A stretch of 64,000 nucleotides of DNA from Limnothrix sp. BL-A-16 (GTDB lineage Bacteria; Cyanobacteriota; Cyanobacteriia; CACIAM-69d), in contig CP166615.1 in NCBI GenBank assembly GCA_041937175.2, positions 4,256,001 through 4,320,000 on the forward strand. The letters run 5' to 3'. Shown here in pieces: positions 23,474-33,631 of the stretch. A program made the translations under genes and the position numbers. How positions within the stretch are numbered: the stretch's first letter is position 1; each line of letters opens with the position of its first letter. The notes under the pieces were generated by a model, which saw nothing but the letters and a program-made list of their open reading frames with translations, had not been told where the DNA came from and did no database searches.

Positions 23474-23725
23474 GATTGAAGCCTCTGTTGATGGGATTTT
23501 GAGCGTTTTAGGAGTGTAGCCAGGCTAGCTGGCAGACCAAAGCCGCGATCGAAACGCCGCCAGGCCCCCCACGCGCTTGCCCAAGCCCCGTCGTCGAACT
23601 GATAACACCACCTGCGTTCCTGACACCCTTGCCCCCGCTAACCCGTTACGGATTGGATCCCACATCCCTAAAGCGCGCGGAGCCGCCAGGTATCCTGGCA
23701 GCCCCGTTCGTCCTCTCTAGTGTAA

Positions 23726-24283
23726 TTAAGATTTTTCTTTGTTTCGGGCTGACTGGGCTGCTCGCCAACCTTCAACCATTCGGCCAAAGTTCACCCGAAA
23801 CTCCCCGATTCCCCACAAACTTCCTGGCGCTGTTTCATCCCATGACGAAGACAACACCCCATAGCTCAGACCCAACACCCCCAGCACCAAGAATCCTAAG
23901 CTGGACGAGAAAACCAGCACGTTGGGTAAATGGACTTCCGTTTGTGTGTTGACAAAGTAGGCCCCGATGAAGCTGGCGAAGCTCAAAACCGTTGGGACAC
24001 CACAAAACACCACCATCCGTTTGGCCATGCGCTTACTCACCGAATCGGGAATCGCCATTTCCGATCGCGTGTAGACCCGTTTGGGAGCGGAGTCCGGCTG
24101 GGTGGTTTTGGCGGACTTGGCTGGTGCTGGCTGGGCTTTGGTGGAAGGCGGCAGCGGGTTCAGCTTGCGCGGAGCCGGTGTCGTCGCAGGGGTTGGCTCA
24201 GATTCAGCCTTGGCCTTGCGGCGTTTTCCCGGTTCAAAGGGCAAGCGATCGCGCGGCGATGGAGAGGGAGGCTCGCCTGACAC
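23726..24283 (-). CDS. PAM68-family photosystem II assembly protein (DUF3464)
   Basis: IPDSVSKRMAKRM...GVLGLSYGVLSSSWDE...GSLWG; located downstream of rpsO. Confidence 0.9.
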   Translation of the reverse strand: MSGEPPSPSPRDRLPFEPGKRRKAKAESEPTPATTPAPRKLNPLPPSTKAQPAPAKSAKTTQPDSAPKRVYTRSEMAIPDSVSKRMAKRMVVFCGVPTVLSFASFIGAYFVNTQTEVHLPNVLVFSSSLGFLVLGVLGLSYGVLSSSWDETAPGSLWGIGEFRVNFGRMVEGWRAAQSARNKEKS

Positions 24284-24298
24284 GATAAATAGCGCTCC

Positions 24299-24568
24299 CT
24301 AACCGCGAATGCCGAGTTTCTTGATCAGCGCTTGGTAACGCTCACGATCCTGCTTCAGGATGTAAGCCAGCAGGCGCTTACGGCGACCAATGATTTGTAG
24401 CAGACCACGGCGAGAGGCGTGATCTTTCTTGTTCTTTTTCAGGTGTTCGCTGAGTTGCTCGACGCGCGCCGTCAACAACGCCACTTGCACATCCGCCGAG
24501 CCGGTATCGGTGCCGTGGGTTTGGAAGTCATTGATGACGGTTTGTTTGCGCTCTTGTTGCAGGGGCAT
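24299..24568 (-). CDS. rpsO: 30S ribosomal protein S15
   Basis: DTGSADVQVALLT, KKDHASRRGLL, LIKKLGIR. Confidence 0.98.
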   Translation of the reverse strand: MPLQQERKQTVINDFQTHGTDTGSADVQVALLTARVEQLSEHLKKNKKDHASRRGLLQIIGRRKRLLAYILKQDRERYQALIKKLGIRG

Positions 24569-24748
24569 GACGAATTTGCTTGGGTGTTGCTAAGTACAGA
24601 CAGCAGCTCTCTAGAATATCACGCCCAGACCGGAGCGCAAGGGGACGATCGCTCGATCGCGATCGCCCCCGGGTTCACAGCGGCCGGAAAGCCCAAAGCC
24701 GCCCGGAAGTTGCCTCAAAAACCGCTAGACCGTGACTAGGCAGACCCC

Positions 24749-27052
24749 CTAAAAGTCGCCCTCGGCGCTAGCTGCGGCTGTGGCCGCATGATCCAACTTG
24801 AGCACCAACACGCCCAACGGAGGCAAGCAAAGGTCGATCGAGTAGGGGCGATCGTGGAACCACCATTCCTCGGCCCATTTGCCCCCTAAATTGCCCATGT
24901 TGCTGCCGCCATATTTGCGCGAATCGCTATTGAGCACTTCGCGATAGAAGCCCAACTTAGGAACCCCCACACGGTAATGGGAATGGGGTTGCGGCGTGAA
25001 ATTACAAACCACCACCACAAAATCCTTGTAATCCTTATCCCAGCGCACAAACGAAACCACACTGTGGTTGTTGTCGCTGCAATCAATCCACTCAAACCCT
25101 TCCTGACGGCAATCTTGGGTATAAAGGCAAGGCTCGTTGCGATAAAGCTGATTCAAATCAGCCACAAACTGCTTTAGCTTCTGATGGGGTTCGTATTGCA
25201 GCAAGTGCCACTCCAAATCACCCCAAACATTCCACTCACTCCACTGGCCAAACTCCATGCTCATGAAGAGTGTTTTCTTGCCCGGGTGCGCGAACATATA
25301 AGCATAAAGACAGCGCAAGTTGGCAAATTTTTGCCACTCATCACCGGGCACTTTTCCGAGCATATTGCTCTTGCCATGGACAATTTCATCGTGGGACAGA
25401 GCCAGCATGAAATTCTCGCTAAAGGCGTACCAAATGCTGAAAGTGACGTTGTTTTGGTGGAATTGGCGGAACCAGGGATCCATCGAGAAATAGTCGAGGA
25501 TGTCGTGCATCCAGCCCATGTTCCACTTCAAATTGAAGCCTAAACCCCCCACATAGGTTGGCCAAGACACCATCGGCCAAGCGGTGGATTCTTCCGCGAT
25601 CGAGAGTACGCCGGGATAGTAGCTGAACAACAGATGGTTGGTTTGCCGCAGAAAATCCGCCGCTTCAATGTTTTCTCGGCCCCCGTATTGGTTGGGCAAC
25701 CATTCCCCATCCTTGCGGCAATAATCCAGATACAACATTGAGGCCACCGCATCTACGCGGATTCCGTCAATGTGATATTTGTCGAACCAGAAAAGGGCAT
25801 TGGCAACTAAGAAATTCCGCACTTCATTGCGGCCATAGTTGAAAATCAAAGTGCCCCATTCCTTGTGTTCGCCCTTGCGGGGATCGGCATGTTCGTAAAG
25901 GCAAGTGCCGTCAAACCCTGCCAAACCATGGCCATCTTTCGGGAAGTGACCGGGCACCCAATCTACAATTACGCCAATGCCGTTCTTGTGGCATTGATCG
26001 ACAAAATACATGAAGTCTTGGGGAGTGCCATAGCGCGAGGTGACGGCATAATAGCCAATCACTTGGTAGCCCCAAGATCCATCAAAGGGGTGCTCTGCGA
26101 CGGGCAACAATTCCACATGGGTGAAGCCCATCTCTTTGACGTAGGGAATCAGACGATCGGCCAGTTCTTTATAGGTCAAAAATCGCGTGCCGGGCTTCAG
26201 TTCCGCCACGGAAACCGGCTCGGCCGGCGTGCCGTCGTGGTGGGTTCCGGGAAAGGCAAAGTTCTCGTGCAGCCAGGAGCCGAGATGGACTTCGTAAACC
26301 GAAACCGGCTGTTCTAGGGGGACGGTGTGGCGGCGCTTGTCCATCCAATCGTTGTCGCTCCACTGGTAGTGATCCAGGTTGGCCACGATCGAGGCGGTTT
26401 TGGGGCGCACTTCCTGCTGGAATCCGTAGGGATCGCTCTTTTCGTAGATGTGTCCTTCCCAATTTTTGATCTCAAATTTGTAGGGATCCCCTTCTTTTAC
26501 GCCGGGAATGAACAGATCCCAAATGCCGCCGTCCATTTTCCGCATTTGGTGCTTGCGGCCATCCCAGTAGTTGAAATTGCCCAAAACGGAAACGTTGCGT
26601 GCGTTGGGGGCCCAAACGGCGAAGTAAACGCCGCTGACTCCTTCAATTTCCGTGAGGTGGGCCCCCAATTTTTCGTAAACGCGGTGGTGATTGCCTTCGC
26701 AGAATAGGTGAATGTCAAAATCGGTGACCAGGGGCGATCGAAAAGCGTAGGGGTCATAGAGCACCCGCTCATGCTCCCCTTCTTGGATCCGCAGTTGGTA
26801 GTTGGCAATTTCGTGACGGGTGATGGTGCACTCAAAAAAGTGCGGGTGATGCACAGAAACCATCGGCACTTCAAGACGTTCTTCGGGAAAGATCGCCCAA
26901 GCGGCGCTGGCGCTGGGCAAATAGGCCCGAATTGCCCAGGTTGTTTCACCATCTTGCTGAAGCACCAGGTGGGGGCCAAGGACTTCAAAGGGATTGTGAT
27001 GATGGTTGTGAACAATCCGATCGACTTGATCTTGGGCAATGGTAGGAATCAT
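24749..27052 (-). CDS. glgB: 1,4-alpha-glucan branching enzyme
   Basis: [47 protein letters not shown] 27052 preferred. Confidence 0.97.
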   Translation of the reverse strand: MIPTIAQDQVDRIVHNHHHNPFEVLGPHLVLQQDGETTWAIRAYLPSASAAWAIFPEERLEVPMVSVHHPHFFECTITRHEIANYQLRIQEGEHERVLYDPYAFRSPLVTDFDIHLFCEGNHHRVYEKLGAHLTEIEGVSGVYFAVWAPNARNVSVLGNFNYWDGRKHQMRKMDGGIWDLFIPGVKEGDPYKFEIKNWEGHIYEKSDPYGFQQEVRPKTASIVANLDHYQWSDNDWMDKRRHTVPLEQPVSVYEVHLGSWLHENFAFPGTHHDGTPAEPVSVAELKPGTRFLTYKELADRLIPYVKEMGFTHVELLPVAEHPFDGSWGYQVIGYYAVTSRYGTPQDFMYFVDQCHKNGIGVIVDWVPGHFPKDGHGLAGFDGTCLYEHADPRKGEHKEWGTLIFNYGRNEVRNFLVANALFWFDKYHIDGIRVDAVASMLYLDYCRKDGEWLPNQYGGRENIEAADFLRQTNHLLFSYYPGVLSIAEESTAWPMVSWPTYVGGLGFNLKWNMGWMHDILDYFSMDPWFRQFHQNNVTFSIWYAFSENFMLALSHDEIVHGKSNMLGKVPGDEWQKFANLRCLYAYMFAHPGKKTLFMSMEFGQWSEWNVWGDLEWHLLQYEPHQKLKQFVADLNQLYRNEPCLYTQDCRQEGFEWIDCSDNNHSVVSFVRWDKDYKDFVVVVCNFTPQPHSHYRVGVPKLGFYREVLNSDSRKYGGSNMGNLGGKWAEEWWFHDRPYSIDLCLPPLGVLVLKLDHAATAAASAEGDF

Positions 27053-27537
27053 AGGGCGATCTTTTAAAACAACAGTCGAAAACAACAGTCGAAAAACAGC
27101 GGTGACGAACAAAAGGGCGCAGATGAAAACAGCAAACGGCCATTTAGCCTGGGGGGCCACCGAGAGCCATTTGGGGGCCGAAACTTGGGCGATCGCGCGC
27201 CCAGTGCCAGCGGCCACCATTCACCTTCAGGAGCGTCTGCGGAATGGCTGAGACCTGCACAGTAACTGGGTTAGGGTTACCAAAAGCGTTTAACAAGGGG
27301 CTATTAGCAGGGGGCTTTCAATGGTTGGTTTCCGAGGGGAATTCCTAGTTTTGTTCAGGGTTAATGCGCGAGGTTAAGGCTCAGGAGTAAGGTTCCAGGA
27401 AGCTGGTCAAAAACGCTTGATCTACAAAAATGTTGGATCAAAAGGGGCATTCATCGATCACGATGAATTTTTGTCAACCATTAGCAACAGAAGTTTGCAT
27501 AGGGTTGCACAGACCATAGCAAATGGCTGCTGTTGTC

Positions 27538-28116
27538 TCAAGGGCGATCGGGGGCCTGGTAGTCGCCAGATTTGCCGCCGGTTTTGCTGATCAGCCGCAC
27601 GGCCTCAATTTGCATTGACTTTTCTAGCGCCTTTGCCATGTCGTAAAGGGTCAAGGCGGCTACCGATGCGGCCGTGAGCGCTTCCATCTCTACGCCTGTT
27701 TCGGCTTTGGTTTTCACGCGGGCTTGGATGATGTAGCCCGGAAGGGCGCGATCGGGCGTGAGGGTGACCTGCACCTTGCTCAGGGGCAGGGGATGACAAA
27801 GGGGAATGAGGTTAGCCGTTTGCTTTGCGGCCATGATTCCGGCAATGCGGGCCGTCCCCAGCACGTCTCCTTTGGGGGCATTGCCAGACTCGATCGCCGC
27901 GAGGGTGGTGGGCAGCATTCGGACAAGCGCTTCGGCCAGGGCTTCCCGCGTGGTGGCCGTCTTGGCGGAAATGTCCACCATTCTGGCTTCACCGCTGCCG
28001 TCTAGGTGGGTGAGCGAGGGGGCGGCAACGGCTTGATTGCCCTCCACGACGGCCAAATCAACGGCAGTGGCTGGGTTTGGCCCTCGCTCCAAAAAATCTT
28101 GGTCGAGACTTGTCAT
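27538..28116 (-). CDS. moaC: Cyclic pyranopterin monophosphate synthase
   Basis: [39 protein letters not shown]. Confidence 0.96.
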   Translation of the reverse strand: MTSLDQDFLERGPNPATAVDLAVVEGNQAVAAPSLTHLDGSGEARMVDISAKTATTREALAEALVRMLPTTLAAIESGNAPKGDVLGTARIAGIMAAKQTANLIPLCHPLPLSKVQVTLTPDRALPGYIIQARVKTKAETGVEMEALTAASVAALTLYDMAKALEKSMQIEAVRLISKTGGKSGDYQAPDRP

Positions 28117-28131
28117 GCTCCGGATAACCTG

Positions 28132-28140
28132 TGCTATGAT
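28132..28140 (+). promoter_or_regulatory. Extended -10 element for tRNA-Arg
   Basis: TG-C-TATGAT, 35 bp before the tRNA. Confidence 0.55.
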
Positions 28141-28175
28141 TGTTCGGCGCTAAACGGTTAACCGCCGTTGAGCTA

Positions 28176-28248
28176 GGGCGTGTAGCTCAGTGGATAGAGC
28201 ACGTGACTACGGATCACGGTGTCGGGGGTTCGAATCCCTCCTCGCCCG
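28176..28248 (+). tRNA. trnR: tRNA-Arg(ACG)
   Basis: GGGCGTGTAGCTCAGTGGATAGAGCA CGTGA-CTACGGA-TCACG ...GGTTCGAATCC CTCCTCGCCCG. Confidence 0.96.
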
Positions 28249-28580
28249 TTTCAAGAAAACAATACGCTAAAAAGCTCTGATTCTAAGAACTTTTGCAGTT
28301 TCGAGTTTCGGGGTCTCTGCGATCCTGCCTAAACCGATTGGGCCAGCCAGTCCGAGTTTCTGACGAAGCAGGCCGAGCCTCAGCGAGCCGAGCATCTGAG
28401 TTTTGGTTGGGCTATTCCTTGACCCGATCCAGGAACCAAGCCAGCGCACAGCGGCATCCCAAGCCTAATGGATCAGAGATTATTCAAAATCCCTGATCGC
28501 AAAAGACTGGATTGGATCCCATTCCCGAGCCAAGGTTAGGCGATCGGGATGCTGGAGCTATGCAAAGCGCTGAAGTTAGC

Positions 28581-29036
28581 CTAGTTGCGTTCGATCCACT
28601 TTTGGGCCCGCAACCGGAGGGCCACGGCATTCACCAACAGGTCTAAGCTCGCCTTCCGCTCATCGATCAAGAAGGGTTCCAGGGTGCTGTGGGGGCCGCC
28701 TTTTTCCGTGTAGGAAAATCCTTTGGTGGCGTTGATGTCGTCTTTGGGGAAATAAACCCGAAATTCCCGATCGCCCCAACTACCAATCACCTGAGAGCAT
28801 TGGTTGTCTTCCAGCCCTTTGATGGGAACGGTGGCATTCACAAACTGCAACGCCAAACCGGCCACACCGCGATCGCCCAGGGCCTTTTGCAGGGCCGGCA
28901 GATATTCGGTTTCAATAAATTCGCCAAAGGGCTTGTCTTCCGGTTTGGGGGCTTTTTCTTTGGCTGGGGCAGTTTTTGGGGCCGCAGCGGGGGCCGTCGC
29001 TTGTACTTCCGCTTTCACTTCCGGATTGTCAGCCAT
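28581..29036 (-). CDS. ndhV: DUF2996 / NDH-1 subunit NdhV-like protein
   Basis: Ala/Pro/Lys-rich N-terminus, EDKPFGEFI...LPAL, STLEPFLIDERK, RLRAQKW. Confidence 0.8.
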   Translation of the reverse strand: MADNPEVKAEVQATAPAAAPKTAPAKEKAPKPEDKPFGEFIETEYLPALQKALGDRGVAGLALQFVNATVPIKGLEDNQCSQVIGSWGDREFRVYFPKDDINATKGFSYTEKGGPHSTLEPFLIDERKASLDLLVNAVALRLRAQKWIERN

Positions 29037-29439
29037 GATGGTTCAGCAAATATGGTGCAGAAAATAGCGGGGCGATCGGGTTGCCTAGGTTCAACCACCA
29101 CCGCCGGGACGTGACCCACAACGGGCGATCGGCAATGTGGGGGTTCTCGCGGGTCTCGAAACCTAAGCAACTGAAATCTAAACAAGTATTGTACGGAGCG
29201 GCGGGAAGTTCCGGCTAGCTTTGGACTTTTGGGCTGATTATTAAACTGATTGGCCACTGCCTAACAGCCCAGTCGATCGGGCGCGGTCGATCAATTGTGG
29301 AACGAGCGATCGGCCAATGCCAATGAATTAAGCAGTGCCAATGAATCAAGGCCCAGCGATCGCCTGCCATTACTAAAAGTGTCTTTTGACAAGGATCAAG
29401 CATCAACAGTCGTGGGGCAACCAGCATCAACAGTCGTGG

Positions 29440-29463
29440 GACAAGGGGCTTAAGCCCCTTGTC
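29440..29463. repeat. Dispersed palindrome, perfect 24-bp copy
   Basis: GACAAGGGGCTTAAGCCCCTTGTC. Confidence 0.88.
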
Positions 29464-29622
29464 TGCCTTGATCGATGCGGTTCGCAAGGTAGCAATTTTG
29501 GTTCTTCAGATATCCCCTCAGCCCAAACCAGTTCTTGATCTGTTTTCGCCGTCCCTGATCTGTTTTCGTCGTCCTTGAATAGGTTTGCTATCGTTGGATC
29601 ACCCTTTGCTCATTCCTGAATC

Positions 29623-31845
29623 ATGGCCTCGCCCCTGGTTAAGCGGTTTTCCCTAGCCCTCAAACGCTATTTGTGGATCCTGCCCGTGGGCCCAATTTTG
29701 GGGGCCGGCGTTGGTGCGGGACTGTCGCTGCTGCCCGTGCCGCCCCCGCGCTACAGCATTTTGGGGGTTTTGTCATACCAACGGGCGGGGGTGTCGTTTT
29801 CGGAAACGGGAGCGGCAATTGTGGAGCAAGGGCAAACCCTATCGCCAGATATCTTGACCGCGCCGGACATCATCGCGCCTGTGGCTAAGGAATTTCGGAT
29901 GGATCCGGAGTTGTTGCTCAAAAGCCTGCGGGTGCGGGATCCCAACGCTGGTGATGAAAAAGACAAGAAAAAAGAAAGCGGCCCGCCAACCTTAGAAGTG
30001 CGCTTCACGGATGAGAAAGGGGAGCGAGGCGAAAAGATTACAAATTCCCTCATGAAGTTGATGGTGGAAAAAAGCCGTCAACTGAATGCTGCGCGGGTGA
30101 AGGGAATTATTGACGCGATTCGGGCCCGGCTGCCGCAGGTGATTGGAGAACTGCGGGCGGCGGAGCGCAATTTGGAACGATACGATCGGGTGGAAGGGGC
30201 GGCAATTTTGGCGGCCCAAAACGGGGCCCTGATTGAGTCGATCGCCACAATCGGGAATCAGCAGCGTCAACTGCAACTGCAACTGGAAGGGGCGACCGCC
30301 CAGGTGCGCTCCCTGGAACAGCGGTTGGGTCTGTCGGTGGATGATGCCTATGTGTCTTCGGCCCTCAGTTCCGATCCGATGCTGGCCCAATTGCGGGTGC
30401 AGCTTCAGCAGGTGGAGGCGGAACGGCTGCTCCAAAGCCAACGCCTACGCCCGGAGCATCCCCAAATGCAATTGTTGATTCAGCGGCAACAGTCCCTAGA
30501 AACCCTGTTGAATCGCCGGGCCCAAGAAGTGATTGGCGGCGGCGTGGCGGGGGCAAAACCGCTGGCGGCCACCAATCGGATTCGATCGAGCAGTAGCCTG
30601 GATCCGGCGCGGCAACAGTTAGCCAACAGTTTGGTTTCCCTGAAAACCCAGCAGGAAACCCTTCAACGCCAACTCACCCTGTCCTTGAAGGCGGAACGGG
30701 AACTGCGTCAGGAATATGCAGCCGTGCCCAACAAGCAGCTAGAGCGCGATCGCCTGGCTCAACAGGTGGCCTTGAAAAAAGCGCTCTACGATCGAATGCA
30801 GGCCAAATTAGTCGATTCGGAAGCCGCCGAAGCGGAAACCGTCAGCAGCCTGACGATCGCCCAACCGGCCGCCATTCGCTCCGAGGAAATTGCCCAAAAG
30901 CTCTCCATGCGGTTGACCCTGCCGGCCGGGTTTGCGGGCGGTTTGGTCTTGAGCGGGGCGTTGCTGTTGGTGTTGGGAATGCTCGATCGCCGTTATCAAG
31001 CCGACAGCGAAATTCGCAGCGCCCTGGCCGAGCGGGATATCAAATTGCTGGGCATTTTGCCGGAATTGTCCGCCCGTGCGCCGGGCCTGCTGCCGGTGTT
31101 GGTGGAACCCTCGCCCCCAGGAGAAGCCTATGAGCAGTTCCGCAGCAACTTACGCCGCCTGGATAGCAGCCTGAAGGTGCTGTTAATGAGCAGTGTGGAC
31201 GCGGGCGAAGGAAAATCCGTGGTGGCCTATAACTTGGCGATCGCAGCGGCGCGATCGGGCAAACGCACCCTGTTGATTGAACTAGATTTGCGCGCTCCCT
31301 CCGCCGCCAAGGCCCTGCGCGTGGCTCCGGATCCGGATGCGGTTCGTGAACCGTTCCACTACTACAGCAGTTTGAACAACTGTGCGCGGATGGTTCCCGA
31401 AGTGGAAAACCTCTACATTGCCCCCAGTCCTGGCCCCCAAAATGATTGCGCGGCGATTTTGGAATCTAGCGAAATTCGACAACTCCTGCTGGATGCCCGC
31501 AGTCGCTTTGATTACGTGATTGTGGAAGCCACGACCCTCAACAATGCCAACGATGCCCTCCTGCTGGAGTCCCAAACGGACGGGTTGATCTTGGTGGCTC
31601 GCCCTGGCCACACCGACAAGACCGCCTTTACCCAACGGCTGGATGAGTTGACCGACGAGGAAACCAGCACCATCCGCTTGATTGGTGTTGCCATTGACAG
31701 TGCCGATTCGCCCTTTGAGCTGCTGGAAGAAGAACTCCTGCTGGAAGAGGATGCTGAGGCGATCGATCCGATGGCGGCGGTGGATGAATGGTCAATCGTG
31801 CGGCCGTCTGCCAATTCCGTGGCCGCGCGATCGAAACAGCGCTAG
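29623..31845 (+). CDS. Wzc/GumC-like polysaccharide co-polymerase with a BY-kinase-like domain
   Basis: TM - long coiled coil (LRPEHP) - TM - EAYEQFRSNL, GEGKS Walker A, DGLILVAR. Confidence 0.88.
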   Translation: MASPLVKRFSLALKRYLWILPVGPILGAGVGAGLSLLPVPPPRYSILGVLSYQRAGVSFSETGAAIVEQGQTLSPDILTAPDIIAPVAKEFRMDPELLLKSLRVRDPNAGDEKDKKKESGPPTLEVRFTDEKGERGEKITNSLMKLMVEKSRQLNAARVKGIIDAIRARLPQVIGELRAAERNLERYDRVEGAAILAAQNGALIESIATIGNQQRQLQLQLEGATAQVRSLEQRLGLSVDDAYVSSALSSDPMLAQLRVQLQQVEAERLLQSQRLRPEHPQMQLLIQRQQSLETLLNRRAQEVIGGGVAGAKPLAATNRIRSSSSLDPARQQLANSLVSLKTQQETLQRQLTLSLKAERELRQEYAAVPNKQLERDRLAQQVALKKALYDRMQAKLVDSEAAEAETVSSLTIAQPAAIRSEEIAQKLSMRLTLPAGFAGGLVLSGALLLVLGMLDRRYQADSEIRSALAERDIKLLGILPELSARAPGLLPVLVEPSPPGEAYEQFRSNLRRLDSSLKVLLMSSVDAGEGKSVVAYNLAIAAARSGKRTLLIELDLRAPSAAKALRVAPDPDAVREPFHYYSSLNNCARMVPEVENLYIAPSPGPQNDCAAILESSEIRQLLLDARSRFDYVIVEATTLNNANDALLLESQTDGLILVARPGHTDKTAFTQRLDELTDEETSTIRLIGVAIDSADSPFELLEEELLLEEDAEAIDPMAAVDEWSIVRPSANSVAARSKQR

Positions 31846-31897
31846 GCACAACCGGGCGATCGTCCTGATGCACCGCCCTAAAGCGCTGCCCAAACCA

Positions 31898-31942
31898 AAG
31901 CACCCAAGAGATCCCCGTGCTGGGTTGGTCTCTTGGGTGCTT
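31898..31942. terminator. Hairpin between convergent genes
   Basis: AAGCACCCAAGAGA...TCTCTTGGGTGCTT (14-bp stem). Confidence 0.6.
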
Positions 31943-32036
31943 ATTTGAGCCTGTTTGAATCAACTACGCTTGAAGCGATTGTTCAATTCTAGAAACGTTC
32001 AATTCTGGAAAAAAACCTGAAAAACCTGCGCCAAAC

Positions 32037-32237
32037 CTAGTAAGCGAGGGTTTCCAAGGTCTCACGCAGATAGCGACGCACCAGCAAATCCGTGACCGTG
32101 GGTTGATTGGGCGTGCTGGGTTGTTGTTCTAGCCAGCGTTCAAAACCGGAGCTAGAGGCGATCGCTTGCACCAAGCTTTCCCAAACGGCGGCGCGATCGG
32201 GTAAGGAAGCAGTCGAAGACGCGAGTGAAGGGGCCAT
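32037..32237 (-). CDS. Small conserved cyanobacterial hypothetical protein (66 aa)
   Basis: Strong AGGAGG RBS; WESLVQAIASSSGFERW...VRRYLRETLETLAY recalled as a conserved pattern. Confidence 0.78.
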   Translation of the reverse strand: MAPSLASSTASLPDRAAVWESLVQAIASSSGFERWLEQQPSTPNQPTVTDLLVRRYLRETLETLAY

Positions 32238-32781
32238 GAAAACCTCCTAACGAGTGAAGCAATGCAGCAAATCCACTGCCATTGAGCAATTTTGAGAGAG
32301 CTAAACCCACCCGAAGGGCGGCGCTAAGGCTCAATTTGAGAGGGCAATTGCAATCACGCCAGGTTGAAGGTGGGCGATCGCGATATCAGAGACTAGCGAA
32401 GTTGATATCTTCCCCTGCCTGAGGTCATTGTGACCGCGCTTGGTCACAAAATCTGTCAACCATGAACCTTGCCACCGACCAATGATTGACCAGGGATTGA
32501 CCAGTGATCCGCCAGGTCATTGCCCCCTGACTCTCTTACTTGTAACGCAAGATTGCAAGGGAGACAGTGCTGGCCATCACTCCCCATCCTCCAATCAGGT
32601 CGCTGACGATGGCCCAAGGAGCCGGCCATCGGTTGTTTCAGCCCATTTCCCAGCATTTTTGAACTGATTGATTGAAAAAGTGGATGATTGCCCCTGCCGA
32701 TTGGCAGTTGTGGTTTTCAATCCGCCAATGGAGCCTTGCGGAAGAGACGGTTTGGCGCGGAAAATTTGCGACGATTTATCC

Positions 32782-33588
32782 CTACCCCACGCTGAGGCGC
32801 TGGAGCATGACCGATCGCGCCCGATCGGCCAGAGAATCGTCCAGGCGGTTCAATGCATAGGATTCTCCCGTGCGCCGGGCGATCGCCGTTTGGATCATCC
32901 AATCAGCCAAAAAGGGATTTTTCGGCAACAGGGGCCCGTGGGAATAGGTGGCGATCGCATTGCAGTGAAACGCGCCTTCGGTTTGGTCTTCGCCGTTATT
33001 ACCCAGGCCACGCACCACCCGGGCCAGCGGCTCCACCGATCCCAGCTTGGTGCGGCCCCCGTGGTTTTCAAAACCGATCAGGTAAGGCACATCCCCCAAC
33101 ATCAGCCGCAACTCCCGCGCCAGTCGTTCGGCGGTCACCTCTAACACCAGATTGCCGATGCAGCGGGGCGCGTCGGGGCCCGGATGCACGGTCACCAAAT
33201 CCAATACGCCTAACCCTTGGATGCGCTGACCTAAACCGGGTTCGTAGTAATGGCCCAGCAACTGCGGTGCGCCACAGGTAAACACGCCGGGCACGCCGGC
33301 CTCGATCGCCCCTTTCAGGGCTGCGGCCTTGGCCCCTTGCAAATCTCGCATCACAATTTCTTGCTGGCGATCCTGTGCGCCGCCGCCCACAATCAAGTCC
33401 ACTTGGGCGAACTGGCTGGGGTCTGTGTCCCGATCGAGCGGTTGAACTCGCACCGGAATGCCGCGCCATTCACAGCGCCGCTGCAAACAGGTCACATTCC
33501 CCCGATCGCCATAGGTGCTCATTAGCTTGGGATAGAGCCAGCCAATCACCAGGGGTTCAGAGAGGGTGGGCAAGGCGGAAAGACTCAC
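32782..33588 (-). CDS. gatD: GatD/CobQ-like type 1 glutamine amidotransferase
   Basis: LYPKLMSTYGDRGN, GGGAQD, TCGAPQLLG, GFENHGG, TYSHGPLLPKNP. Real start is near GTG 33588; the upstream part of the listed ORF overlaps the neighbouring gene. Confidence 0.9.
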   Translation of the reverse strand: MSLSALPTLSEPLVIGWLYPKLMSTYGDRGNVTCLQRRCEWRGIPVRVQPLDRDTDPSQFAQVDLIVGGGAQDRQQEIVMRDLQGAKAAALKGAIEAGVPGVFTCGAPQLLGHYYEPGLGQRIQGLGVLDLVTVHPGPDAPRCIGNLVLEVTAERLARELRLMLGDVPYLIGFENHGGRTKLGSVEPLARVVRGLGNNGEDQTEGAFHCNAIATYSHGPLLPKNPFLADWMIQTAIARRTGESYALNRLDDSLADRARSVMLQRLSVG

Positions 33589-33631
33589 GGGCAGAAAACC
33601 TGGGCAAGGTTGCGGAAGAATCGGAGCCAGT

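Noticed and set aside
23520..23720. GC-rich leader upstream of aroF as a riboswitch or ncRNA
   Set aside because: No family motif recognised by eye; an Rfam/Infernal scan would be needed.
29441..29462. AAGGGGCTTAAGCCCCTT palindrome as a HetR box
   Set aside because: The spacer between the G and C runs is 6 bp, not the 5 bp of GGG-N5-CCC, and its distribution follows mobile elements.
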